Source: Eukaryota sp. GEM-RC1 (lineage: Eukaryota). Taken from it: DNA of 64,000 nucleotides. The stretch spans positions 2,418,001-2,482,000 of the forward strand of contig JAUFOQ010000005.1 of NCBI GenBank assembly GCA_040285855.1. Reading direction: 5' to 3'. A program made the translations under genes and the position numbers. Below are positions 36,982 to 49,640 of this stretch, piece after piece (within the stretch, counting starts at the first letter, position 1; each line of letters starts with the position of its first letter). The notes under the pieces are model-generated. The model was given only the letters and a program-made list of their open reading frames with translations, was not told the origin of the DNA and did no database searches.

Positions 36982-37524
36982 GGATGGCTATGCATATAAG
37001 TCAGTGAAAACTTTTAGAGGACATCCTGAATATTACACACAACTTACTTGCTTATATCGAGAAATTTTTATTTATAATTACATCAAATTAAAAGAAAAAG
37101 AATACAATATCAAAATAACTCCTAATCACGAAGTCTTGTATGAAAAAAAGAAAGTGATATTGAAAACAGAAGTTCTTGGAATGAATTGCATGGATAAAGA
37201 ATTTAATGATGAAGAGAAAATTCAAATAAAAATATAGTAGAAACTTTATGGAAGTTTGGAATTGTGCATTTAGATTTGAATTTTACAAACATCCTCCATG
37301 GTAATGGGAAATTCTATTTGATTGATTTTGGATTTTCTTCTCCATTAATAGAAACAATAACAACTGGAGATGAATTAAATTCTCATTACATTATTCCATC
37401 AGAAGGAAACACAATCAAGAAAATTTTGACCACAAATGAGGCTATTAAAATGGAGCAAGATGCTTTAAATGATTTATTAGGAAAAATTATGTTTACGAGT
37501 TTAATGAATCATTTATTCCTGTGA
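36970..37524 (+). pseudogene. Ser/Thr protein kinase-like, 5'-truncated and frameshifted
   Basis: CLYREIF, HLDLNFTNIL, LIDFG; paralog of 40955. Confidence 0.7.
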
Positions 37525-37687
37525 TAGTTTCGGAAAAACTAAATAGATCAGAACATTATATATTAATAATCTTGAGATATACTTCCAAGTATTTATCAAA
37601 GCAAGATATATTTGACGAAATGTATAAATATGTAAATAATTCTTATATCGAATATCTAATAAAAAAATGATTTTATTTTTTAATAAA

Positions 37688-38470
37688 ATGAAATTCCCTC
37701 AATCATTGATATATTAAATCCTGAAATAAATATTAATGGATTAGATTGGATTCATGTATTTAAAGCATATCAAGTACCTAAAATATGTGGTCATGATTTT
37801 GACAAAGAATGGAGTGAAATAAGGATATCTTTGTATATTGTCAAAGCAACTTTAAATAATCCAATGATTAAAAAGAAGTCAAAGTTAATTTTATTAATCG
37901 ATTATCATCATGTTATACACATCAATCTATTAAATTTAAACTATCGAGTTACTTGAAATATTTATGCATACTTATAGCACCGTCGTGTGATATTTCTGAT
38001 CGAATAATCAAAGCATTATATTCATTTCGGAGCAAAATAAGAAATAATGAATTTTTAATTAATAACACCAAACGACCTTCTTTTATACGAATACCAAAAA
38101 TAAATGGAAAATCATGTCGACTTCAATATCGTTCCATGGATTATTGCAAAATGTCACTGAAGCATTTCCAATCCATGTCTATGATTTAAAAATGATAAAG
38201 AAGCATTATATTTGAATATTGTAATGTTACTCAAATACGATCATGATACATTTTTGTTTATTCCAACAGAAGACGAACTCACTGTGTTTGAAAATAATGA
38301 ATTTTTGAATTCTATTAATGTATAAACCAAATATTCCTAAAACAGAACTTGATCCATATCATTTGCACACTAATAGTATTTCAAACATATCATTCAGACA
38401 ATATGAACCTCATATGGGATATAAAATTAAAAAGAATATTCCAGAAAATTATATGATTATTTGAAAAATA
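37688..38470 (+). pseudogene. Degraded hypothetical gene, paralog of 50689
   Basis: NPEINI..LDWIH.FKAYQ.PKI shared; multiple breaks; end approximate. Confidence 0.45.
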
Positions 38471-38555
38471 TCCACATGAATGACTTGATATCTGTTGTTG
38501 AGAATTTTGAAAATATAATTAAGAACTTATAAAAATGATTATTTTTTTTTATAAA

Positions 38556-38690
38556 ATGAACGAAATCATTAAATTGTCTGATAATGTAGATTTAATAGGA
38601 TTGGGCGAATGCTCTCATAGACAACAACGTATAAATGAATTTCGATTCAATCTAATTGAGAAATTGTACGAGAAAGGAAGTTTTTATTAA
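38556..38690 (+). pseudogene. N-terminal fragment resembling the erythromycin esterase (EreA/EreB-like) family
   Basis: Upstream motif + MNEIIKLSDNVDLIGLGECSHRQQRINEFRFNLIEKLYEKG; GLGE.(S/T)H motif. Confidence 0.45.
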
Positions 38691-39338
38691 ACCAAGCGGT
38701 TCAATAATGGGAACTGGTGGATTAGGATATTTATCCGAACATTCATCTGAATATTGGGATTATATATTAATTTTAAATAACGAATATCCAATTATAAAAC
38801 CATAAGATTAAATTGATATTTATCTCTAATTTTTTTAACATCACCAAAAACATATTCATTTGCACATTTTTTATCAAATCTTCATTATAAGGAATTTCTC
38901 GATTTGGGTAATAATCATAAATAGCATTTGCAAATTTAATAAACTTTTCAATAGCACATGTTGTATCGATATCTAAATATTTTTTTTATAATAAGTACGC
39001 CATAATAAGGAATTCCAAAAATAGAACTTACATCCATATTGAAAATCATATCCCCATCATCATTTAATCGTTTAATTACATGTTTAGTAGATTTAAAATT
39101 AGCAAGAAACAATTTCAATAATAATGAAGGACTATAAGGTAAAATCTTTTCAAATTCTGGATATTTTTTTATAAACTTTAGAAATCATTTCATTTGCACA
39201 ACTTCCTCTAGTATATAATTTGTATACATGTTCTTTTTTTTATATCGAAAAATTCAGCAACGCTATCACATATAAGTGTCTTTTTCCTATCAAACCACCA
39301 CATTTAAATTATAAAAAAAATGAATTATCAAGAATAAA

Positions 39339-39890
39339 ATGGTTGTCAAATGCTTGTTCAATTGTTTCTTTCTTCATAAAACAAGAGAGGAACGAGATAT
39401 ATTATATAAACAAATAATTAATGATTTATTTGGACTTGGAGTGGTTATTCTAGTGTCTTATATTGTTATACTTTTTATCTTTTTAGATCCAAGTCTTATT
39501 GACCATTTTAAAGAATGTAATGGAACTGCTGTGAATTATGAAGATTTTTTTATATTAAGAACTGACAGCTATTATTTAAATTATCGACGTAAATATACAA
39601 ATCTAAGATTTGATTATATTCATATTCTAATGTCTGGACCAATTAAAAATCCAATGTTAGTCAAATTCGTTTTAGTTGTAAATGTTACATCTATTAGAAT
39701 TGAAGATAAAATGATAGGTCCTTATAAAAGAAATGCTATATTGACTGATTCAAGTGAAACAATTGTTATTGATGATGTAATAATGAATAATGGAAAATTT
39801 CTCAAAAATCGATATGGATTTATTTCTTTTGCATCAGAACCAAGTCATTGGGAATATGTTAGAGTAAATGATAAACTAAATTGTGTATAG
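39339..39890 (+). CDS. Hypothetical membrane protein
   Basis: Hydrophobic LFGLGVVILVSYIVILFIFL; 183 aa ORF. Confidence 0.55.
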   Translation: MVVKCLFNCFFLHKTREERDILYKQIINDLFGLGVVILVSYIVILFIFLDPSLIDHFKECNGTAVNYEDFFILRTDSYYLNYRRKYTNLRFDYIHILMSGPIKNPMLVKFVLVVNVTSIRIEDKMIGPYKRNAILTDSSETIVIDDVIMNNGKFLKNRYGFISFASEPSHWEYVRVNDKLNCV

Positions 39891-39927
39891 ATTTTTTTTT
39901 TGAAAAAAATGATTAATCATCAATGAA

Positions 39928-40931
39928 ATGAACACACTCTATTCTGACTTGTTAAAGTTGTCTGAAACCAGATATTTTATGAAAAATGATGTTTCTCTTG
40001 ATGGAGTAAACTATAGAATCTTCAATTATAGAATCTATTCTCTTAAGCATTTTGAATTACCTAATGCATTGAATGCAAGAGGAACAATGTTTGAAATGAC
40101 CAATGAACCTAAATTAGTTTCATTGACAATGAAGAAATTTTTCAATCTGAGAGAATTAAAAGAAGTTCCAACTGGAATTATGTATGCAAGTGAGAAGAAA
40201 GATGGTTCTTTAATTTCAACCTACATTCACAAAGATGGATTAAAATTGAAAACAAAGAATGCAATCAGTTCTCCATTAGTAGACAATGCAACTCGTGCCC
40301 TTGAGCCTGAATTACATGATCTATTAATGCGAATGATTAGAAAATATAATTGCACAATTGATATGGAATTTACTTCTCCTGGAAACAAAATTGTCTTGCA
40401 TTATCCTGAAACTAAATTAACGATATTAAGTGCAAGATATCACGAAACTGGAGAATATATCGATAGAAATGTAGTGATTGGAGATTTCCCTGAATTGGTA
40501 AATTACATTGTTAATGAATATGTTGTTGATGAAACATTTTTATCCAAAGTTCCAGAAATGACTGAAATTGAAGGATTTGTTATGAGATTTGAAGATTTGC
40601 GATTCAAAGTGAAAACCAAAGAATATTTGGAATTACACAAAATAAATGACAAATTAAATAAGAAAGACATCTTTAAATTATTCTTGGAAAACAAATTAGA
40701 TGATTATAGAAATCCTCACAACGAACCAATGATTAAGGATTTTGAAGAAAACTTCATTCCTAAATATGTAGACATTATTGATAGAACAGAAAAATTCTAT
40801 AATGAAAACAAAGATTTATCCAAAGAGAATATGCCATAAAGGCAAAAGAAGAACTCGGAAGTGAATTTAAATTTGCAATTAACAAATTGTTAAACAAAGA
40901 TTCTACATTAGCATTTATGACATTGTTGTGA
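39928..40931 (+). CDS. RNA ligase, T4 Rnl1-type (frameshift near 40825)
   Basis: EKKDGSLI (motif I), MEFTSP, EGFV, FKVK, plus ARG..F and KKFFNL upstream. Confidence 0.87.
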
Positions 40932-40954
40932 TAAAAATGATTTTTTTTAAATTA

Positions 40955-41520
40955 ATGAAATGTGGGTATTACGGAAGAGTTTGTTTTGATGACGAACATA
41001 CAATCAAGACCATCAAGACCATGGATCCCAAAACCAAAGCAGAAACTGATCATCAATCGAGTGAATTGTTTTGTATTTATCGAGAAATATTCTTTTATAA
41101 ATACATAAAAAAATAGAAGAACAATGTAATGTTAAAATTACTCCTGATTTTTCTGTGAGGTTTAACGATTATCCAGAAATTATCTTGGAACGAATGGAAA
41201 CAATCGAATGCCTTGATTTAACTTTCAAGCATATTGAGAAGATAGTTGCAATATTAAAAATCTTGTGGAGTTTCGGGATTGTTCACATGGATTTGAAACC
41301 AGATAATATATTATTTAAAGATGGGGAATTTTATTTCATTGACTTTGGTGCATCAACAATTATCCATGATGAGATTCATTATGATCAAATGAATCCATTT
41401 TATGATAAAATAAAATTTGAAAATATCTATGAAATGGAATTGAATGCTTTGTTTAATTCTTTGAATCTAAATGGAAAATATCAAAAATACTTTGATCATC
41501 AATTTGAAAAAGGAGATTAG
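40955..41520 (+). CDS. Ser/Thr protein kinase-like, frameshifted
   Basis: GYYGRV, IVHMDLKPDNIL, FIDFG. Confidence 0.8.
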
Positions 41521-41697
41521 AACCAATAGAAATCATTGAAGATTCGCCGTTTGTCATAATTTCCAACATGCTTAAATATTATCATTTCTGGATTAATTTC
41601 AATGATTATTTTCAGAATATGCTTGAAGCTAATATCAATGAACCAATTGTCCAATATTTATTGTGAATGTATAAAAAAAATGATTATTTTTGAGAAA

Positions 41698-42595
41698 ATG
41701 TTCACTTCCATTAAACGTTTTGATGACGATAATGTATCTAAATACATTTTCGAAAATGAAAAACTTTGTGTGGAAACTGTCTTGTATAAATACAATTCCT
41801 ATGAAGAACGTACTGTTATCTGTTGCTCTGTTATGAGTGGATGTCCTGTTGGATGTACATTCTGTGGAACTGGTAAAAGATTTATTGGTTCTTTGACAAG
41901 TGGACAAATTGTTCAACAAATTGATCATGTCTTGAATGATAGAAATATTGTAGCAAGTAATTGTGCAAAATTCCAAATTATGTTCATGTCAATGGGAGAA
42001 CCATTTTGAATATCGATAATGTTATTTCTTCTATCGAAATACTTAATGAAAAGTATCCTAATGCTCAATTATTAATTTCCACGGTTGGAATTAATCGAAA
42101 AAGTGCTTGGGAAAAATTCATCAAGGTGTCTCGAAAAATCGAAAAAGTTGGATTACAATTTTCACTACACAGTGGATTTGATGAAGTTAGAAACACTTTA
42201 ATTCCTTACAAAAACAAATTTACTATTAGAAATTTAAGAGATATGGGAATGAAATGGTTCTTGGCAACAAAAAGACCAGTGTATTTAAATTACTGTGTGA
42301 ATGGAACTAATTCTATGGATGATGAAGTTGCCAGAATTCACGATTTATTCTCACCAATTGTATTTTGCTTTACATTTTCTGTAATTTGTCCAATTGATTA
42401 TGATACCTCACAACAAAATATCAAATCTCAAGGATATAGAAATTTAGAGTACATTCAAAGTATTACCACAAAACATCAAAAGCTGGTTATAACACCAGAA
42501 TGTTTGATCCAGAAGGTACTGACACTATTGGAGCTGGATGTGGACAATTGTTGTATTTCCAGAAATGGACTACTAAAGATGTAGAAGATTTATAG
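41698..42595 (+). CDS. RlmN/Cfr-like radical SAM RNA methyltransferase (two frameshifts)
   Basis: ICCSVMSGCPVGCTFC, FMSMGEP, ISTVG, QFSLH, and IGAGCGQL in a third frame ending at TAG 42595. Confidence 0.85.
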
Positions 42596-42623
42596 GTAAT
42601 AAAATGATTATTTTTTTATTAAA

Positions 42624-43070
42624 ATGATTACCAATACTTCTTGTGGAAACATCTTGACTAATGGTGATTTTGTCTATGATTTAAATGAAACAACATTAAA
42701 AATTGTAGAGAGTCAAATGACTATATTAGATTTATCTGATACAACTATTACTCATTTAGAGTGTCCTTCATGTGGATTAAAAACATTGATTGTTCCAGAA
42801 TCTTTAAAGTACATTGATTGTTGTTTTAATCAATTGGAAGAATTAATATTACCTCCTGGAACTGAAGAAGCTCATTGCTCTTTTAACAAATTAACAAAAT
42901 TAAGATTGCCGAAAACATCCAGTGGTACTTGTGTTGAGAATCCATTAGATAAATTTGATTGGTATGAAGATATCAATTTTAAACGAGAGCTATTCAATCA
43001 ATCAAAGAAAATGCTTTTAGATTTAGAAAAAGAAAACAATGCATTGAAACAGTATAGAATTGGAAAATGA
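42624..43070 (+). CDS. Leucine-rich-repeat-like protein
   Basis: LKYIDCCFNQLEELILP, AHCSFNKLTKLRLP; paralog of 63263. Confidence 0.7.
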   Translation: MITNTSCGNILTNGDFVYDLNETTLKIVESQMTILDLSDTTITHLECPSCGLKTLIVPESLKYIDCCFNQLEELILPPGTEEAHCSFNKLTKLRLPKTSSGTCVENPLDKFDWYEDINFKRELFNQSKKMLLDLEKENNALKQYRIGK

Positions 43071-43123
43071 ATTGGATGAATTACAGAAATGAACTATAAT
43101 AAAATGATTATTTTTTAAATGAA

Positions 43124-43419
43124 ATGTGGGTTTATATTATTATAGCTTTTTTAATAGTAACAATATTAATCGAGCTAAGAGAAAGGAATAGACTAGTAAA
43201 GCTTCAAAAGACTATTCACTGAAAATGAGACAACCTAAACCAATCTCTAACACAAGCTTCATACGAGATATAGAGAGATATCAGTCATACCATCCATATC
43301 ACTCATATCCACATAGAAATCATTCAACTCCTAAAACACATTCAGAACCAGAAAGATGTATAATGAAGGATATTGCAGCAGGAGTTGTATGTGCTGGAGT
43401 AGCATCAAGCTTTCTATAA
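43124..43419 (+). CDS. Small hypothetical protein with N-terminal hydrophobic segment, frameshifted
   Basis: Upstream motif; MWVYIIIAFLIVTILI. Confidence 0.35.
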
Positions 43420-43439
43420 AATGATTATTTTTTGATAAA

Positions 43440-43985
43440 ATGTCAGATTGCGATTGTGGATATTTATGTTGGCATGTATTATTGAAAATAAATAAAGATA
43501 ATTATATGTCATTCATTAGAGATTACAGAAAGGATCGAGGAATGGGGTTTATTCCATTATTTCTATTTAAACAAATTCCCCATATTAATTGGTATACTAA
43601 GAAAGCTTTTAAACGGGAATTGGGAGTATTATTTCCAACCTTCAGATCTCTACGTAATAGATATTATAGAGTATCATATGATGGATATCCTTGCTATGAG
43701 AGTCCACGATTATTCGGATCGAGCGCAGTCACCCATACTATGCTTAGATTATATGGAGCAGGATCTTTGGTGGGACCCGGGAGATTATTACAATGTTTGA
43801 TTCCAGATTTACAATTCAATATTATCCCACATCCATCTAAAGATGAAATCAAAAGGATTAATTTATTTTTATCCAAGCTTGGAAGAAATGAAATAGATTT
43901 AGATTTGTGTATCGATTTTGTCACAAACATTATCGAATATGGTAAGGAATTAAATGTTAGTCTTGAGCGTTTTGAAAAGACTTGA
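43440..43985 (+). CDS. Hypothetical protein
   Basis: 181 aa ORF directly after the upstream motif. Confidence 0.65.
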   Translation: MSDCDCGYLCWHVLLKINKDNYMSFIRDYRKDRGMGFIPLFLFKQIPHINWYTKKAFKRELGVLFPTFRSLRNRYYRVSYDGYPCYESPRLFGSSAVTHTMLRLYGAGSLVGPGRLLQCLIPDLQFNIIPHPSKDEIKRINLFLSKLGRNEIDLDLCIDFVTNIIEYGKELNVSLERFEKT

Positions 43986-44097
43986 TTGAAATGTGTAAAT
44001 GTAGAACTTATACAGCAGCAACAAATTCTAAAGCTTTTCGCATCTTGGACAAACTTAGAAATGCTGATAAAGTATAAAAATGATTATTTTTATGAAA

Positions 44098-44346
44098 ATG
44101 TTTGGTGATCCTGTATATGCTAAATGCCGAAATCCAATGTATGAACCATTGCTCCGAATGATTGGTACAAGTGCATCTCGATTTAATATGGATCAGGAAA
44201 TTTATTCTAAGGAATGCTTTAATGAAATAGTTAACATATTATACGAAGTTGAGAAATATGCAATAACCACTAATAATAGACTTGGATATTTAAAAGATAA
44301 GATTCATGAATTGACAATCAAGGTTGAAGAATTAGAAAATAAATGA
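44098..44346 (+). CDS. Hypothetical protein
   Basis: Motif-preceded ATG; stop TGA lies in the next gene's motif. Confidence 0.5.
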   Translation: MFGDPVYAKCRNPMYEPLLRMIGTSASRFNMDQEIYSKECFNEIVNILYEVEKYAITTNNRLGYLKDKIHELTIKVEELENK

Positions 44347-44361
44347 TTATTATTTTTTAAA

Positions 44362-44873
44362 ATGTCATCGGGTAAAATATTGTCCAATGATGAAGATGTC
44401 ATGGAATTTATAAATTCAGACACACATGAAAATATGGTCACATTATATATAGATGAAATTATTCCTGAATTACATACATTGAATGATAGAGTGAGATTTT
44501 TGATATTACACATATATGAAACTAACAAAAAGATTTTGAATATATGATTTCAGGCTTGAGAATTAAAAGAGTATCCATATTCATGAAGAAATTTAATGGA
44601 GATGAATTAATATTGCCGTATACATGTCGTATTCAAATTGGTCTCTTGGATGGAGAACTTTATTTGAAAAATATTCCCAAGATATTACATATCGATCGAA
44701 CAAATATATCAATGGAAAACGGACCAAGGGTCTTGCTTGTGAATTATGTAAATGATTTGAATAAATTGCCAATAGATTGCAATTATATTAGAATTTTGGA
44801 ATTTTCAAAAGATGTGAAACATGATTTTATACTATGTGAGAATACTGGATATGAGAAACATTATAAAAAATGA
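44362..44873 (+). CDS. Hypothetical protein, frameshifted
   Basis: Two overlapping ORFs between consecutive motifs. Confidence 0.45.
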
Positions 44874-44889
44874 TTTTTTTTAAATATAA

Positions 44890-45980
44890 ATGTTGGATAA
44901 TGATTTATTGGATTTATATAAATTGATTATCATAACAACTCCACATATAAATGCCGAACACGTTCCTCTTAAAATAAGAAATGTTAAAGAAATTGCTATT
45001 TTACTCGTTGATAAACATCCAAATAATTTTAAATGTTGCTCCGAAGAATTACAAAGAGATAAGATTGTTGCAAGTGTGGCAGTGAAAAGATATCCAGAAA
45101 ACATCAAATTGTGTTCACAAGAATTGTTATCAGATAAAGAATTTGTTCTATCTTTGGTTCTAGTAGATCCTATTATTTATCAAACTTGTAATTTGAAAGA
45201 AGATGTAGATGTTGCAATCAAAGCATCTCCGTTTATAGAAGATTTTTCCACATGCTCGAATAGTTTGAGAGATAATGCTCGATTTAAATGATCGTTTATG
45301 TCAAAACATCCCTTTCATGGAATTCAAAGTTTAAATTTTGTTCATATAGATTGAGAAATGATAAAGAGTTTGTAAGTAAAATATTTGATAAATTTCCTCG
45401 TCTTGTGGAATGTTCTGATTTGAGAAACGATAAAGAATTTGTTAAAAGTTTAATTAAAAAAAAATGCAATGGTTTATAGAGGTTTGACTGATTTGAGGTG
45501 TGACGAAGAGATTGCATTATTAGCCATTGAGCAGAATAGTGCTATATACGAATTTTTTCCGCTTTGCTTCGAAATAATTCTAGAATTGCAATTGCGGCTT
45601 TAGAGAAGGATTTGAATTTGTTACGATATTGTGATGTTAACGATCCAATACTTGAGAAATTTTATTATAAACGAAAATTAAATGCATTTTCACGTGCTCC
45701 ACAGTATATACGAAATAACGAAGAGATTGCAATTTTAGCAATTGATTATAATTGGGAAAATTTTCGATTTTGTTCAACTAGACTTAGAAATCATCCAATA
45801 GTTGCAAGTAAGGCGATTCAAACAAATTTACGCAATTTTCATTTCTGTTAGGAGGAATTAAAAGATAATGCTGAATTTGTTACATATGTTTTATTACAAA
45901 ATATTAACTATCTTAAAGCATGTTCTCAGCGTTTACGAAATAACGTAGAGTTTGTGAATTTCATTAATGAAATAACTAGA
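44890..45980 (+). pseudogene. DUF4116-like repeat protein with frameshifts and an in-frame stop
   Basis: CSEELQRDK, CSYRLRNDKEFV, CSTRLRN; FC*EELKDNAEFV at 45849. Confidence 0.7.
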
Positions 45981-46009
45981 ATAAAAAAATGATTTTTATT
46001 TTTTAGAAA

Positions 46010-47225
46010 ATGTTTGATGGTGATTTATTTTATAAAATAATGGCCTTTAAATCATTATTCGATAAACAAGACAAGTTCCAGATTTGTATAATGTTGGGGA
46101 TAATGATTGTTAATTTCATTTATTCCAAACGAGAATTGATTCCAAAATTAATGAAAAGAAAAACATTGAATAATGTAACTTATATTAATAAGGATGTTGT
46201 TACTCGATCTTTGAAATATTATTTGAAAAAATACAACCCAGATATAAACGTAAATATGATACATAGACATTGTCTATATTTTAATGATTTAAAAATGATC
46301 AAAATTGCTGATGACATTTATATGTCTGCTACTTATAGTGAGGAAGCAAATGATGATGGTGTTACAATAAAAATGTCATTACAATATCTTCATATACGAA
46401 AAATGTATATGATATTGAATTATGGATTAAAGACATACAGAACGAATATAGTTTATATGAACAAAGTTTAAATGAGGTGAGGTTGAGAGATTTTTATAGT
46501 GATTTTGAAGATCCTATATTAACAACAAACACCAATTTTAATAATCGTTTTTCAAAGGAAAAGAATCTGTTTTAAAACAAATTAATTTCTTTCTTAATAA
46601 CAAAGAATGGTATGTCAAAAGAGGAATTCGTCATACTCTTGGAATATTACTTCATGGACCTCCTGGAACGGGAAAGACCTCTTTCATTAAAGCATTGGCA
46701 AAATTAACAATGAAAAATGTAACACTTTTGAATTTTGATACTCTCGAATCACATGTCAAAGCGAGATTTCAGTTAGATAGCTTTATTGTATTCGAAGATG
46801 TTGATTGTATGGAAAGAAAGATTGAGGCTAAAGAAGATGATAAAAGACCAAAGAAGATTGATATGAGCGGATTGTTAAATGCAATTGATGGATTGATAGA
46901 AGGTGATGGAAGAATCTTGATAATGACAACTAATCATCCAGAGAAGATTGACCCAGCATTAAGAAGACCAGGTAGAATTGATATTGATTTGAAAATGGAT
47001 TATGCTACCAAGGATGATGTAGAAAATATTTTGAAATTAATGTATGAATTAGATAATGTTGTAATTGATTTTAATTTGAATGATTTAAGTCATGCGAAAT
47101 TAGTAGGATTATGTAGAAAGTATTCTTATAGTGAAGTTTTAGAAATCTTGAAAAGAATGAATATTAAATTTTTATTTTTTAGAAATTTGGCGATAGTGAT
47201 TCTGCTACTGATTGGGAAGGAATAG
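46010..47225 (+). CDS. BCS1-like AAA+ ATPase, frameshifted
   Basis: EWY..RGI...GILLHGPPGTGKTS (Walker A ~46656), FEDVD, LLNAIDG, TTNHPEKIDPALRRPGRID. Confidence 0.85.
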
Positions 47226-47287
47226 AATCATTCAATATTCATGAACTATTACAGAAAATCTCAAAAGTGAAAATTCAATACTAAAAA

Positions 47288-47500
47288 ATGGTTGTTGAAC
47301 ATGAATACGAATCTGATGATAATTATGGTGTAGAAGGAGTGGATAGAATCTATATTGACTTTATTAATGAATTAGAAAAGTGTGTGCTAAATTCACAAAA
47401 GATCATCCAACTCACATATGGGCCAGGCGTAGTTTGGAACATCATCTACCTGTACTTGATCGGGTACTTAATTAAAATAAAAAATGATTTTTTTATGTAA
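47288..47500 (+). CDS. Small hypothetical protein
   Basis: 70 aa ORF with AAAATG start. Confidence 0.35.
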   Translation: MVVEHEYESDDNYGVEGVDRIYIDFINELEKCVLNSQKIIQLTYGPGVVWNIIYLYLIGYLIKIKNDFFM

Positions 47501-47501
47501 A

Positions 47502-48143
47502 ATGACAAACGAATCTCTTGATAAACAAATTGAAGATACCATTGATATCCAAATTGAAGAAATTGAGAAAGATTTGGATGAGGGTACTCTTGAGTGTATA
47601 TTCGGAGAAGGACTTAAGAAGAAATATGAAGAATATGATAAGGAACAATTCAAAGAATTCGTTAAGGAAAAATTCAAAGAATCATTTCTAAAGAGATATC
47701 AAAACCACATTGATACAACATTCAAAACAAAAGCCAAAAAGTTTGGGATGATGATTATAAACAATTCTATCAAGAAATTGAATTCGAGTCAACCGAACCT
47801 TGGCAAATGTATGCTCAAGGATTTTCCAAATACGATTTTGCAAATGAAATCAAATTCACAGTCATTTCTGTTGCCTATTCTTGATGATGGGACTAACAAT
47901 CGATATGAGCATGATTTCCATGAATATTTAATCCATGGTACAAAGTTTAAACATTTTACATTGAAGAATATTCGTGGATTTGTTGTTGGAATTGGAGAAC
48001 ACGATGGAGATGTTGTGTTTATGAAATCTGATTTAGGAAATATGTGGACCTATGTAAAGAAGCTTGAAAGTTTAGGTTATACTCCACGTGGTGAAAATAA
48101 TTATAATGGACATTGTGTTTTTAATATATTTTATAAAAAATGA
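47502..48143 (+). CDS. Hypothetical protein
   Basis: Motif-preceded ATG (MTNESLDKQ), ~213 aa. Confidence 0.65.
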   Translation: MTNESLDKQIEDTIDIQIEEIEKDLDEGTLECIFGEGLKKKYEEYDKEQFKEFVKEKFKESFLKRYQNHIDTTFKTKAKKFGMMIINNSIKKLNSSQPNLGKCMLKDFPNTILQMKSNSQSFLLPILDDGTNNRYEHDFHEYLIHGTKFKHFTLKNIRGFVVGIGEHDGDVVFMKSDLGNMWTYVKKLESLGYTPRGENNYNGHCVFNIFYKK

Positions 48144-48633
48144 TTCCTTCATCTGAAATACATAGAATTTCAAAATATGCTAAAGTTGGATTTGCATGGA
48201 AAATGAAACAAGTCTCACAAAGATTTGACAAATATACATTTATAAAAAGAGGAAGAGATAGATTAATAACATTTGATGAAATGTATTGTTATTAGAATAA
48301 AATGATTTTATTTTTTATAAATGTTTAGGAGGGAGTTGTCGATTTGAATTTGATTTTGATGAATCAGGATATCTATAGAACAAAGGAAGATTGTAAGAAT
48401 TCCAATCCCTTTTGGACATTCTTTGAAAAAATACTTGCAGAAACTAATCCTGATAGAACTCGTGACCTGTTATATAATCTACCCGATAAGGTTAAAGTTG
48501 CATTTACTAATACTTTATTGGATAATGAAATTTCCCGTACTTTGAAAAGACGTTTTTGTTATGAATCGAGGAGTCCAAATTCGTTATTATATTATAAAAG
48601 TCATTAACTAAAAATGATTTTATTTTTTTATAA

Positions 48634-49620
48634 ATGTTATTCGATACTTTATATTGGGAAATTCATAATCAATCTAATAGAGAAACTAAATTTAGATTAT
48701 CAATGATTTCGAAAAAATTCAATGAAATGTTTCATCGAAAAATTGTATATTCAATTAATACTTACCCTAATTATTTCTATATTAAAGAAGGTTTTAAATA
48801 TGATTACGAATTATATCAATATCGCAAAGTCGCACCACATATCGAAGATATACCAACGGAATTCTTAACAAAACAGTTACATTTAAAAGTTTTGCGTCTC
48901 TATGATTGGAATTTATATAATGATAGTAAATTAGTGTGTGACGAAATAATATTTGGGGAAATTATGTTGATACATTATATAAATTAAAAGACCAGTCAAC
49001 TGTTTACACATACAAGGAATGTTTTATAATCCATTGCATTTAAATATGGGAAAATTAAATATTCGTAATTTAATGTATAGTGATACTTGTGATGATGTTG
49101 TTTTAGATGGATGCCTTAGAATATTATATATCGATAATGTGACTGTTTACATGATTGCTCCAATTTATCGCTCTACAAATACCATACAATATGGAACTCA
49201 AACATTAACATTGCCATCCTTTGTTAACTATATATGGGTAGTTATAAGAAATTATGTCATGACTACATTGAGATATATGATAACACAAGATGGGGTGAAA
49301 TCGAATTACCCTGGATTGAAAATATCACTATAAGAATTTTTGTTACAGACAATACTCCTCGTGTATTTAGTGTTAAATACGGAAATGAAGTAATCAAATT
49401 TACTTCAATCATGGGAAGAGTTTATATTAAAAATTGGAAAATTAAATTTTTAGATTTTATTTGGTCTGAGGGAACTGTTGATGATAGTAATGTTTACGAT
49501 GTTGTTATGGATAATCCTGTTGATTCATTAACTAATCCAAATAATGATATTGTAATTAGTGAGAGATATTGTGGTTATCGACAAGGCAATTATTACATCT
49601 ATCGAAAAAAGATTAAATAA
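48634..49620 (+). pseudogene. F-box-like family (MLFDTL) protein, frameshifted
   Basis: MLFDTLYWEIHNQSNRETKFRLSMISKKFNEMF; IELPWIENI..KYGNE..IKNWKIK. Confidence 0.65.
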
Positions 49621-49640
49621 AAATGATTTTATTTTTATAA

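Noticed and set aside
41602..41697. N-terminal extensions called by the ORF track (41602, 44080, 47484, 50578)
   Set aside because: They start at or read through the ATG inside the promoter-like motif; the likelier starts are the downstream AAAATG
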